Below, piece after piece: positions 1-9,328 of a DNA stretch of 64,000 nucleotides. The notes beneath the pieces are model-generated. The model made no database searches. It was not told the origin of the DNA and was given only the letters and a program-made list of their open reading frames with translations. The first letter of the stretch is position 1, and each line of letters starts with the position of its first letter. Source of the stretch: Candidatus Woesearchaeota archaeon (GTDB lineage: Archaea > Nanobdellota > Nanobdellia > Woesearchaeales > UBA12501); NCBI GenBank assembly GCA_030651375.1, contig JAUSFM010000003.1, forward strand, positions 184,718 to 248,717. Reading direction: 5' to 3'. Both the position numbers and the translations under genes were made by a program.

Positions 1-256
1 AGATAGCCATGTCGTGCACCAGACCGGAATCAATGAAAATACCATCAAAAAGCAACGAACGTTCGCCCCGTGCTACTGCTTCAGCGACACGGTCAGCTAA
101 CTGATCACTGCCTTTTACCGCAAGATGTTTGACAAAGGGAATCATAACAGACTCTTGAGGAGCAGAACATTCAATATTGAGAAGAATACCCTGCTCGGGC
201 GAAACCTGCTCTTGGTCAATTCGCTGGATGAGGTCAACGATTTGGTTTTTGTCCAT
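1..256 (-). CDS. Hypothetical protein, 5' part only (runs off window start); translation begins MDKNQIVDLIQRIDQEQ
   Basis: Reverse-complement reading frame open from ATG at 256 to window edge; not in ORF track because truncated. Confidence 0.4.
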   Translation of the reverse strand, partial: MDKNQIVDLIQRIDQEQVSPEQGILLNIECSAPQESVMIPFVKHLAVKGSDQLADRVAEAVARGERSLLFDGIFIDSGLVHDMAI

Positions 257-339
257 AGCACGGTCGCGGGAAGAGAGGGTATTTAAACTTTTCTTCTTTG
301 AGAGTAACATTTATATACAAAAACAGCCTTCCAAAAAGT

Positions 340-570
340 ATGGAAAAACAACACATCAAAGCAGAGGATATCTTGCAGAAAATCAACCAGAAAGAATCAG
401 AAACCAACAAAGGAAAAATAGTGGCTATCGAAACGGAAAGTGAAGACTATTTTGTTGGTTCATCTGAGATTGATGCATACCACAAAGCGGTAAAGAAATA
501 TCCCAAAAAACAGTTTGTTTTCAAGAGAATTGGTTTTCCCGCAACCCATTTTGTTGGTGCGTTGGAATGA
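340..570 (+). CDS. Small hypothetical protein (about 76 aa) translationally coupled to downstream aspartic protease
   Basis: ORF 298..570, likely start MEKQ at 340; stop overlaps next start (ATGA at 567-570). Confidence 0.45.
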   Translation: MEKQHIKAEDILQKINQKESETNKGKIVAIETESEDYFVGSSEIDAYHKAVKKYPKKQFVFKRIGFPATHFVGALE

Positions 571-917
571 AAGGGTTTTTTCAGTTTGGTAATCCAATCA
601 TCATGCTTCTTGTTGGAAAGAAAAACCTGAAAATACTCCTTGATACTGGTTTTAATGGCGAACTTATGATTCCCCAGAAGATTATTGACGAGCTGCATCT
701 TGAACAGATTGGCATTTCAGATTATGTGACTGCGAGTGGTGAAGCCGAAGAAACGAAAGTGTATAAATGTTCTATTGATTTTTTTGACGGAAAGAAGGAA
801 GTTGCCGTGTTAGGAACACAGGCGTCTTTTGCCTTAGCAGGCATGGAGTTGTTTCACGAATGTGAGATACTCATCGAACGCCATAAGAACAGGGTTGAAA
901 TCAGAAAAACAGGGTAG
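567..917 (+). CDS. Retropepsin-like (clan AA) aspartic protease
   Basis: 116 aa; LLDTGFNGELMIP contains the D-T/S-G catalytic motif of retroviral-type aspartyl proteases; size typical of the archaeal single-domain family. Confidence 0.6.
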   Translation: MKGFFQFGNPIIMLLVGKKNLKILLDTGFNGELMIPQKIIDELHLEQIGISDYVTASGEAEETKVYKCSIDFFDGKKEVAVLGTQASFALAGMELFHECEILIERHKNRVEIRKTG

Positions 918-977
918 GCTCGACCAAAACGGCCTCTCCGATGTCGGGGCGCTGCGCGCAAATACGAAGTACAAAAA

Positions 978-1049
978 TGCGCCAGCCGGGATTCGAACCC
1001 GGATCATAGCCTTGGCAAGGCCATATCCTAACCGTTAGACTACTGGCGC
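978..1049 (-). tRNA. tRNA-Gly (anticodon GCC)
   Basis: Reverse complement GCGCCAGTAGTCTAACGGTTAGGATATGGCCTTGCCAAGGCTATGATCCGGGTTCGAATCCCGGCTGGCGCA folds as cloverleaf; anticodon loop TTGCCAA; GGTTCGAATCC T-loop; no encoded CCA; T-tract follows. Confidence 0.85.
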
Positions 1050-1133
1050 GGTTTGCTTTTCAAGAACGCCATTGTTTTATATAGTTTATGGTCAATAACA
1101 ATCTTTTTATTCTCGTCGAGAACAAAAACAGCC

Positions 1134-1547
1134 ATGGACAACGGCTGCGCCCTCTGCGCTGCACAACAGGAAGACTATCGGCTCGTCTATAAAGATAAGC
1201 ACTGCTTCTGCATCGCCAACATCGAGCCGCTGAACCACGGCCATTTTATGGTGCTGCCGACGAGGCATGTTTCTGAACTCGGCTCGTTGACTGCTGAAGA
1301 GGTCCATGCAATCCACCAGCTGTTTCACCGCCTTGAAACGGCAGTCAAGAAGGAGTACGGCCACGACGCGCTCATCGCTTTGAACCGGGGTTCTAACACG
1401 AGCCAAGACCATATCCATTATCACATCCTGCCGGTTCCCCATGCGTTCAGAAAGGTGGTCAGCCGGTCAGAGGGCCTTCCTGAACGGGTACGGGGAACGG
1501 CCGACCAGCTTTCGGCGATGCGGGATAGACTTGTAAAACACCTTTAA
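1134..1547 (+). CDS. HIT-family (histidine triad) nucleotide hydrolase
   Basis: HIHYHILP histidine-triad motif near C-terminus; start at MDNG more plausible than upstream hydrophobic extension (1053). Confidence 0.7.
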   Translation: MDNGCALCAAQQEDYRLVYKDKHCFCIANIEPLNHGHFMVLPTRHVSELGSLTAEEVHAIHQLFHRLETAVKKEYGHDALIALNRGSNTSQDHIHYHILPVPHAFRKVVSRSEGLPERVRGTADQLSAMRDRLVKHL

Positions 1548-1695
1548 AACAGGCTTATAGAGCTTATAACGCCAAACAATCAACATAACCACCACCAAGT
1601 GACGAATAGATAGAAAGGTTTATATAGAAGCGGCGCTTTCATACCTTTAGAAACCATTAAATAGCTCTTACAGTAACCAAAAACGAGGAAACACA

Positions 1696-2532
1696 ATGCC
1701 AGAACCTGATGCACACGCCGGACCTAATGTTCTTGATTATCTTGTAGAGGAAGCACTCACCCCAGAATTAAAAGCACAATTTACCAGATTAGGGGAAGAC
1801 TGGCTTGACATGGACAAACAGAGCCGAGTCACGACTGAATTAGGCGAACGGCTGAATAGAGCATACGAACATACCGCTCACGGAATGGCTGGACTTCATG
1901 AAGGAAAAGACTACGCTGAAGATTTCGGAAAGGAGTCATTCAAAGTTGCAAAACGATTGTTTGAAAACGACAAAACAGATTATATTCACGACCGCAAACA
2001 AGCGAAGGAAACTGTAACCAAATTTATGCTTAATATTCTTCATGAGATGGGAACATCAACTGCCCACGCAATTGCTCACACGTATGACCATACTGAAGGC
2101 AGCAGAACAGACGAAGAACGATTTGAATACCTCAAAACTGCATTTAATAGTGAACTGGGTGTAGGCGGACGAGGCGATGATGATGAAGGAAGTGTTAACA
2201 TCGACGGCCTCATTGCGAGAATGACCGGATCGCACCGCGCAAAACAAACCCTTTTGGATGCTGCAACAAAATTAAAAAGCAAATATGCAGGTGTTGTTGC
2301 GAGCAAAAAACTTAATAGTGTGGTTACTGAAGGTAAGAAAGCCGCGTATAAAGCATTCGTTGAAGAACTTGCTGGAACCCAAAACTTGCACCCATCACAT
2401 GCAAAAACGGCATTTCACGAAACGCCACAATGGGCGGGCATCCATAGCGACTTGTATAACTTTGTGACATATCAGCAGCCGTACCAAGTCGCGCACAAAT
2501 TAGGTATGGAACCCGGCCACGGCCACAACTAA
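1696..2532 (+). CDS. Hypothetical protein (278 aa)
   Basis: Long ORF with good coding character; no recognisable motif. Confidence 0.5.
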   Translation: MPEPDAHAGPNVLDYLVEEALTPELKAQFTRLGEDWLDMDKQSRVTTELGERLNRAYEHTAHGMAGLHEGKDYAEDFGKESFKVAKRLFENDKTDYIHDRKQAKETVTKFMLNILHEMGTSTAHAIAHTYDHTEGSRTDEERFEYLKTAFNSELGVGGRGDDDEGSVNIDGLIARMTGSHRAKQTLLDAATKLKSKYAGVVASKKLNSVVTEGKKAAYKAFVEELAGTQNLHPSHAKTAFHETPQWAGIHSDLYNFVTYQQPYQVAHKLGMEPGHGHN

Positions 2533-2553
2533 ATAATTTTTTATCTTTTCTCT

Positions 2554-3354
2554 TCATTTCTTTAAAGCTAGTAAGAACACTATCCTGCTCCATGCTATAA
2601 CCGGCAGGAACAAAAATAAAAACAACACCAGCGGCAGCCATAAAGCGACAGCGAGCGAATTCTTGACGAGCCACAAGGCAAGGTAGATTTTGAAGAGGAT
2701 AAGCACAAATAGAGGAAACAGTGGAAAGAATTGTTTATACGCAACAACAAACGTTTTTTTAACCATCTTCAGCAGCGGCATGGTAAGCAAGCAGTACGAC
2801 ACAAAACCAAGATAGGTAAGTATGCCAAACACCGCGCCGAAAAAGACTTGAATAATCGTCTGCAGCACGGGAAAGACATTCATCAGCTGATATGATGATA
2901 CTTTTACTGCAAGAATGAGTGTTAATAGGAAAATAACTGACCAGCCGAGTGTCGTGAGAAAAAAGCGACCATAGAACGGCCGCCATGCACCTTTTTTTCT
3001 AGCGATGGCGTAGCTCTTTTTCCATGCAACGCCCTGAAAAATAATCCACAACGCAACGCCAGCAAGAATCAATATCGAAAAGAGTTTGATAACTTCAGCG
3101 AACTGGATAATGAACGTGGTGAGCGGGAACTTTGACAAAAATTCCTGCGCCGCTTCCTGCCCGCTGCCCGTCGGTGTGCCGGCCATGGCAAGCAGCTGGG
3201 AAATGCTCAAAAAAAGAGTTGACAGCTGTTCCTGCAGGAGATAAAAAACGCCGGTGAACGAGAGGAAGAAGAGAAGGTCGGAGAGCATAATCAGCAGAGC
3301 TGATTTTTTGTTGTGCCACAATTTTTTATACGCCCCAAGGCAGTTTTGTATCAT
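2554..3354 (-). CDS. Polytopic membrane protein, hypothetical
   Basis: 266 aa with at least 6 hydrophobic segments; last gene of 3-gene minus-strand chain (5553->2554). Confidence 0.55.
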   Translation of the reverse strand: MIQNCLGAYKKLWHNKKSALLIMLSDLLFFLSFTGVFYLLQEQLSTLFLSISQLLAMAGTPTGSGQEAAQEFLSKFPLTTFIIQFAEVIKLFSILILAGVALWIIFQGVAWKKSYAIARKKGAWRPFYGRFFLTTLGWSVIFLLTLILAVKVSSYQLMNVFPVLQTIIQVFFGAVFGILTYLGFVSYCLLTMPLLKMVKKTFVVAYKQFFPLFPLFVLILFKIYLALWLVKNSLAVALWLPLVLFLFLFLPVIAWSRIVFLLALKK

Positions 3355-3355
3355 A

Positions 3356-3973
3356 TTATTTCACCACATTAAACCTATAGTACTGCTTCTTCAATTCACC
3401 GCCGGCTATCGAGATAAACTTTTTGCCGTCTTTTTCACCAACGTCAACGTCAAACACGCTGTCTAATCTAATGTATGATTCAGGAACACCCGCTGGTTTG
3501 TCACCTGCTTTTAACTCCACGGCTTCTGTGTACATCTCTTTGAACGGAACGTCGAATGTTTCTTTGTATCCTTCCAACAGCGTCTCTGCCTTGTTTTCCC
3601 GCACGCGGATGTCTCCTGCAACCTTTGCTGTTGTTTTTTCTTCCAGCAGCACTTCTGGAACGAGGGTGTTGACTATCAGGTCGTGGCTGACGTGGTTGCT
3701 TTTGAGACAACTGCGTGCGGTGGGAGAATAATACTCAATGCCCGCATCATGCAGGCCGTCGAGACCGGGAATGACCGGCTCGGCTGTTGTGCCGATGCGA
3801 TACACCATGCAGGCCGCTGTTTCACCAAAGCACAGATTGACAAACTGCTGGGCACCCTTGGTTGACGCAGGCAATTGGGTGGTGCCTTGTAATGCAAGCA
3901 CGCCGAAAAAACCGACTGCGAGGACCACCAGTATGCCAACAAAGATAAACACCGCGACTTGTGCCTGTTTCAT
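3356..3973 (-). CDS. Membrane-anchored hypothetical protein
   Basis: Start MKQAQVAVFIFVGILVVLAVGFF (N-terminal TM anchor); ATGA overlap with upstream gene stop at 3970. Confidence 0.5.
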   Translation of the reverse strand: MKQAQVAVFIFVGILVVLAVGFFGVLALQGTTQLPASTKGAQQFVNLCFGETAACMVYRIGTTAEPVIPGLDGLHDAGIEYYSPTARSCLKSNHVSHDLIVNTLVPEVLLEEKTTAKVAGDIRVRENKAETLLEGYKETFDVPFKEMYTEAVELKAGDKPAGVPESYIRLDSVFDVDVGEKDGKKFISIAGGELKKQYYRFNVVK

Positions 3974-5553
3974 TCCTGAAGCACCTCGCTGAAGCTTTTT
4001 AGTTTTGAGGACTCCATTTGCGTACATTGAACAAAACGGCTGTCATAGGACTGCATGAGCTGGCTGAACACGGAGAGCGATGATTGGGGGAAGAGGGTGA
4101 AGAAGTTTCCATTCTTTGACTGTTTCAAGATGCCGTTGGTGAAGGTGATTTCAGCGTTGTTGCTTGAGTATTTGGTTAAAAATGAGGGTGTGTCTTGATG
4201 CTCAAAATCCGCGTAACGTTCCGGTTGATTGTTGTGACAGGTTTCGAGGATGTTAAAATCAGCGTTGTGCAGGGAGAAGAAAATACGGTCAGCTTCGCAA
4301 TTTCCATTGGTGAGTGATAGGTGAGTAGTATCTATGACAACCTGATTTTCTGCTTCGGTTGACTCAAAAATATCGTGGGGAAGCAGGTTTTTGTAGATAC
4401 CGAATGTTATAATACTGTTTAATGCAAAGTAATTTTGCGCGCGGTCAATAAATCCGTTGTATAATGCGAGTGCGGATTCTGCGGACATTTGGTGTGATGT
4501 GGTTGTGATGAAAACGGTGTACGGCGCTTGGCCGGGGTTTAAGAGATAGTAGTTTTTTGTTTCGTCTTGTTCTTGGTGGGAAAACCGTGATTCTGTGCCT
4601 AATGACAGTTCATAGATGCCTTCGGTTTCATCGAGTTTGAATTTTGTTTCTGTCTTCGCGATAATGGTTTGCTGGATGCCGTTGAATTGGATTTTTAAGG
4701 TGGTTAACTTTGTGATAATTTGCTCATTATTGGGACTGATCTCTTGGTATGAAAATTGGGCATTGTCTTGGTCAGCGTTTCCTTGAATGGTGTTGTGCTC
4801 AAAGGTGATATCTTTGTCCATTGTTAAGGACGCGCCTTTTGCAGTGGTGTCTGCCTTCACTTTTGTATTGGGCAGGCAGTTGATTTTAATACTGCCGACG
4901 GTTGACTGGTCTGAACTGGCACAGACGAAAGAGAATTGCGATGCTGTTGGTGTTTTTTGTATTACGACGCTGGTGACTTTTGATAAGAGATTGCCGTTTC
5001 CTGCGACTATTAAATCAGCGCTGATTAATGATACAGTGGATTGTTCACCAACGAAATTTCTGACGTTAGTTGATTCTGTTCCTTCATAGAAAATTCTCTG
5101 TCCTCTAACGACTTTTAAGTTGGTGCCGTCGTAGGTTACTCCTACTGCATTTACAACAACTAGAGAACCATCACTGAACGAGTTGATGGAGGCGCCGGCT
5201 GAATCCAACGTTATTGTTTTGCCTGTTTTGAGATTTATTGAAGTGCCGCCGGGGATGATAAGATTGCCATTCTCGATTTTCGCGCCGATGAAAGAATTGA
5301 TGTTGAGATGGTATTTTTCCCTTAAAACTTTCTTGACTAATTCGGCATTGTTGTTGTATAATGGATTGGAGAAGTCGACGGTGGCGCCACTGTCAACAGC
5401 GGTTTTTAGATTGTCGGTGATTTGGGATTCGGATTTTTGGGAGTCGCCTGCGCCACTTTCAAATCCGAGCGGTGCAGAAAAAACAAGATAAGAAAAAAGA
5501 ATAACAAGGATAGATAACAACATACCCCTTTTAACGTAACTCGCCAACTTCAT
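3970..5553 (-). CDS. Secreted N/T/S-rich surface protein, hypothetical
   Basis: 527 aa; N-terminal signal-like hydrophobic segment LLSILVILFSYLVFSAPLG; low-complexity Asn/Thr/Ser-rich body. Confidence 0.55.
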   Translation of the reverse strand: MKLASYVKRGMLLSILVILFSYLVFSAPLGFESGAGDSQKSESQITDNLKTAVDSGATVDFSNPLYNNNAELVKKVLREKYHLNINSFIGAKIENGNLIIPGGTSINLKTGKTITLDSAGASINSFSDGSLVVVNAVGVTYDGTNLKVVRGQRIFYEGTESTNVRNFVGEQSTVSLISADLIVAGNGNLLSKVTSVVIQKTPTASQFSFVCASSDQSTVGSIKINCLPNTKVKADTTAKGASLTMDKDITFEHNTIQGNADQDNAQFSYQEISPNNEQIITKLTTLKIQFNGIQQTIIAKTETKFKLDETEGIYELSLGTESRFSHQEQDETKNYYLLNPGQAPYTVFITTTSHQMSAESALALYNGFIDRAQNYFALNSIITFGIYKNLLPHDIFESTEAENQVVIDTTHLSLTNGNCEADRIFFSLHNADFNILETCHNNQPERYADFEHQDTPSFLTKYSSNNAEITFTNGILKQSKNGNFFTLFPQSSLSVFSQLMQSYDSRFVQCTQMESSKLKSFSEVLQE

Positions 5554-6127
5554 GTATATTTAAAGTGCCTTCATACCTATAAAGTTTACTGTCTCCATCG
5601 GGACTGCGACGGAATAAATTTTGTTGGATCCAATAGTTAAGAGTATCGATTGCAGGAGATATTTGATCGTCACGTACCGGACCGCCTTTACTCACATCAA
5701 TCTTAAAATTATGCACTGATCTTTGTCCGGTTAATACATCAAATCTTCCGTACATAACTGTCAAGGGTGAAGAATCAGGAACGCCAAAAGCTTTTTCATA
5801 TTCTGAACTGTTCAAAGTGTTATGATCAATCGCCACCCTGAAAAACGCAACCTGCCCTTGATATTTATCAGCCAATGTCTCAACAACTTGTTCCATACGG
5901 TGTGAATATTCAAGTGTCCCATCATTTTTCAAATCTGTGTCTGCTTCGTAAAATAGAACAACAACCGGCTTTGGATTGTGATAAACTTTTTGAGAGAAAT
6001 TGGTAGGTGTCAACTCTTCAAGCGGACGTGCCGCAGCAACACTGGATGCGCCAAAGACTGCGGCGCCGGCTGCCAAAGCTGCGCTAAGGCGCAAAAACTC
6101 ACGGCGAGTAACGTCTGTTAAGCTCAT
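5531..6127 (-). CDS. Tat-signal thioredoxin-like protein
   Basis: N-terminus TRREFLRLSAALAAGAAVFGASSVAAA is a twin-arginine signal; remainder (PVVVLFYEAD...) resembles thioredoxin-fold redox proteins. Confidence 0.55.
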   Translation of the reverse strand: MSLTDVTRREFLRLSAALAAGAAVFGASSVAAARPLEELTPTNFSQKVYHNPKPVVVLFYEADTDLKNDGTLEYSHRMEQVVETLADKYQGQVAFFRVAIDHNTLNSSEYEKAFGVPDSSPLTVMYGRFDVLTGQRSVHNFKIDVSKGGPVRDDQISPAIDTLNYWIQQNLFRRSPDGDSKLYRYEGTLNIHEVGELR

Positions 6128-6271
6128 TTTAAGGGTTTATAAAGCAAGGGGGTTTATAAGACTTGCGGATAGGGAGGATATGGGGGTTTGTTTGATTGTA
6201 GGTTAGGTGCAATATTACTCAGCACGTCCATGTTAGAAACATTTATTAATTTCTTATAAATAGATGATACT

Positions 6272-6961
6272 ATGAAAGATGAAATTTTATCTTATCGTGA
6301 AATGTGTAACAAGATTCAAGTGAATACCATTCAAAGAGGGATGAATTTTCATATAAAAAAAGGCATTTCTGTTATTTTAATGTCAGTCAGACCTGGTGCC
6401 CCATATGATGATGAGATAGACATTGGGAAAAATTTATTGATTTATGAAGGCCATGACGTTCAAAAATCAAAACAAAATCCTGAACCAAAGAAGATTGATC
6501 AACCTAGATGGACAGATAATGGAACATTGACAGAAAATGGCAAATTTGTGAAAGCAGTAGAAAATCATAAAAAAGGATTGATTCCTCCAGAAAAAATACT
6601 GGTTTTTGAAAAGTTAAATTCGGGGATTTGGTCAGAAAAAGGATTATTTTCTTTAATTGATTATGAGACAAGAATTTCAAATGATAGAAAAGTTTTAAAG
6701 TTTATACTCAAACCGATTGATGAAAATATTGATATTCCAAAAGGAAAAGATGATGATGAACATAATAGACTTATACCAACACAAGTTAAAGTAGCCGTTT
6801 GGAAAAGAGACAAAGGTAACTGTGTTCTTTGTGGTTCGACCAAGAACTTACATTATGACCATGATGTGCCATTTTCTAAAGGGGGAAGTAGTATAACTGA
6901 AAAAAATGTCAGAATTTTGTGTGCTAAATGTAATTTGAAAAAGCATGATAAGATAGAATAA
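6272..6961 (+). CDS. HNH endonuclease-domain protein with uncharacterised N-terminal domain (possible type IV restriction-like enzyme)
   Basis: C-terminus CVLCGSTKNLHYDHDVPFSKGGSSITEKNVRILCAKCNLKKH is a canonical HNH/ββα-Me motif; sits in AT-rich island. Confidence 0.65.
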   Translation: MKDEILSYREMCNKIQVNTIQRGMNFHIKKGISVILMSVRPGAPYDDEIDIGKNLLIYEGHDVQKSKQNPEPKKIDQPRWTDNGTLTENGKFVKAVENHKKGLIPPEKILVFEKLNSGIWSEKGLFSLIDYETRISNDRKVLKFILKPIDENIDIPKGKDDDEHNRLIPTQVKVAVWKRDKGNCVLCGSTKNLHYDHDVPFSKGGSSITEKNVRILCAKCNLKKHDKIE

Positions 6962-7026
6962 GAGGTTGTTTTATTTCATTCTTCCTCATTTTTTCTCGGC
7001 CTTTTTTCCTCGTCAAAAAGATCGTG

Positions 7027-7165
7027 TTCCGGCAAAACCGGAATATTTCCGGAATTTCAGTGTTTTTTCGGAAATATTCCGAAACAACCGGATGTTTTTC
7101 CGGTGGCGCCGAAAATCTTCCGGTTTTTTCACAGCAAGGCTTATTAAGCAGAGTATCTGATATTC
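7027..7165. promoter_or_regulatory. Repeated intergenic module copy 1: cluster of TTCCGG-N5-CCGGAA palindromes followed by conserved CAGCAAGGCTTATTAAGCAGAGTATCT (TATA-like)
   Basis: gttccggcaaaaccggaat, atttccggaatt, ttcggaaatattccgaa, ccggatgtttttccggtggcgccg; about 70 percent identical to 49444..49585. Confidence 0.6.
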
Positions 7166-7192
7166 TTGAAACCCGCTGCGCGGAGCGGAACA

Positions 7193-7384
7193 ATGGCAAA
7201 AAATGCATTGCCCCAGTTTGAGGGTTATACAGTCGATCTACGACTTAGACAGTTTAGGAAAATAACAAAAACAAAGATGGAATTTGTTGATTTTTATTCA
7301 GTTAAAGGGGGAAAAATGGTCTCGAGATATATCAACTTTTTGAATGATCAGTTGGAGAGGATTGCCCAATATCAAAAAAATTAA
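7193..7384 (+). CDS. Small hypothetical protein downstream of repeat module
   Basis: ORF 7166..7384; start MAKNALP at 7193 about 30 nt after TATA-like element. Confidence 0.3.
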   Translation: MAKNALPQFEGYTVDLRLRQFRKITKTKMEFVDFYSVKGGKMVSRYINFLNDQLERIAQYQKN

Positions 7385-7404
7385 GAGGAGCTATTAAAGG
7401 GAAT

Positions 7405-9327
7405 TTAAATTTTCATCCTTGATCTAAAATAGTTTTCTACTTCTTTATCTACAAAATAGACATAACATCCTTTAATTCCCCTTGACATCAATACCCTATA
7501 AATGTTTTTTACATATTCATCAAATTTAAGTCTATCCTTCTTTTTTTTCAACATTGGGTCTTTAGTTCCCCCAATATCGGTGATTAGGCACTTATTTTTA
7601 GAATCATATTTAAGATCAGGACCAACAATTACTCCAACATAATCAAATTCAAATCCCTGAACGGTATAGATACAACCAACCTGTTTTATTCCCTCAGGTT
7701 TGTATGCCCATTCATACCAAGGCACATACCCTTGTGGTGGCTTGATATTCCCATGTGTCTCCCAAGGCAAACTAAAATCTTCAATTTTTACATCCCTTAC
7801 CAGATTCCCAGTTTGATCAAGTTCTGTTGACCACGGCCAACAATAACCTGCAACAAGTCTTGCAGTGACTCCTTTTTGAGAATTTTTTTCAGTTATAGTT
7901 TGATAAAGAAGTTTAGGAGAATTAAATATTTGAAAATCGAAGTTATCTTCTTTTGTTAAAATCAGTTTTGTTGAAGTATGACCAAGAACAGATTCGAGCC
8001 AATCCAAATAGTTGTCAGAACCATTGCACCTGAATTGAGATAACAACTCTGTTTCTTCGATTCTTTTCCCAAGTTTTTTTGCTGATTCTCTAATCAGGTT
8101 AGTGTTTCCAACTTCCGCACCCCTAATAACTTGCCGGTCATCAATAAAAAAGATCGATGTTTTCGCACACCTAATCAGTTGTTCTATCTGCGGCATATTT
8201 GTTCTGTACTCTTTTTTGGTAAAACGATGATCTGATTTTTCACCAATTCTATGAGCTTCGTCAACAATCAAAATATCTAGTTCGTTTTCATTAATTCGAG
8301 CAGGAACAAAAGGATTTAAGTTAGTAAATAAAACTTTTGCATTAATGTCCCCCACTTTTTGCCCATGTTCCATCTTATATTTGATTGCTTCAATCAAAGG
8401 TTTAGATCTAGATGCAAAAAAAATCTTATATTTCTTTTCTTTATTTGCTGCAAATTCAGCTAAAATATGCAGTGCAATCACTGTCTTTCCAGTTCCGGGT
8501 GCACCTTTCACTATTATTGCACTGTTTTCTTGGTTATGTTCTGCTTTTTTTACTTTGTCGATGATAAGATTTCTTGCATAAATTTGATCATCAAGCAGAT
8601 TAAAATCAGATTCATTTTTTATAACGTTTGAAGCATTATCTAAAAGTTTTCTTGAAGGTCTTTTAGGAGATTCCATAAATTTGTTAAAAATATCAAATCC
8701 GTCTTTTTTACTAAGTAAAAATTTTAGTCTAGCTGCTAGTATCTCGATGTCACTTTTCGTGTAAATTGGAAACTTTGCTATGAGTTCTTTATATCGGGGG
8801 TCAAATAAACCTTCCATTCCCTCAAAGTTGTAGTTTGGACAATAGACACACCCAACAAGACAAGTATCACTTTCTTCAAATATTTCTACAAACCCGATCA
8901 GATAATTATGATAACCCTGAACCTGTTGCGAAGGGTGTGCAACTTTTCTTTTGTCGCCCCCAGTATAAGTTTCCACAAAGTTTCCTTCTGCAGAAAGCGC
9001 TTCAACTGATTCCCATTGTTTCATCTCAATATGGATGATCATCCCTCTTCCTTCTTCATTTTTTCCAAACAATAAACAATCAATTCTTTTTTGCGTATAA
9101 GGAACTTGATACTCAAAAGAAAGATAAATATCCTGCAATTCACTTAATTCAAGAATGTTTTTGATCTCTTTTCCACTTTCCCTCCACGATCTACGTTCAG
9201 AATCGCCGGGTTTTCGACCATACAATCTCAAAAACTCGTTTTCCATCTTATCTGTGAATTTGTTTAGTACTACGTCTTTAAAGAACTCTTGTTGAGGTGC
9301 ATCATAAAGTAGTTCTCTGTTTAGCAT
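7405..9327 (-). CDS. DUF2075-family SF1 helicase-like ATPase with N-terminal PD-(D/E)xK nuclease-like domain
   Basis: 640 aa; N-terminal IDCLLFG...IIHIEMKQW (D...ExK); Walker A GAPGTGKT; Walker B ILIVDEAHR; C-terminal GIKGCYVYFVDKE typical of DUF2075. Confidence 0.75.
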   Translation of the reverse strand: MLNRELLYDAPQQEFFKDVVLNKFTDKMENEFLRLYGRKPGDSERRSWRESGKEIKNILELSELQDIYLSFEYQVPYTQKRIDCLLFGKNEEGRGMIIHIEMKQWESVEALSAEGNFVETYTGGDKRKVAHPSQQVQGYHNYLIGFVEIFEESDTCLVGCVYCPNYNFEGMEGLFDPRYKELIAKFPIYTKSDIEILAARLKFLLSKKDGFDIFNKFMESPKRPSRKLLDNASNVIKNESDFNLLDDQIYARNLIIDKVKKAEHNQENSAIIVKGAPGTGKTVIALHILAEFAANKEKKYKIFFASRSKPLIEAIKYKMEHGQKVGDINAKVLFTNLNPFVPARINENELDILIVDEAHRIGEKSDHRFTKKEYRTNMPQIEQLIRCAKTSIFFIDDRQVIRGAEVGNTNLIRESAKKLGKRIEETELLSQFRCNGSDNYLDWLESVLGHTSTKLILTKEDNFDFQIFNSPKLLYQTITEKNSQKGVTARLVAGYCWPWSTELDQTGNLVRDVKIEDFSLPWETHGNIKPPQGYVPWYEWAYKPEGIKQVGCIYTVQGFEFDYVGVIVGPDLKYDSKNKCLITDIGGTKDPMLKKKKDRLKFDEYVKNIYRVLMSRGIKGCYVYFVDKEVENYFRSRMKI

Positions 9328-9328
9328 A

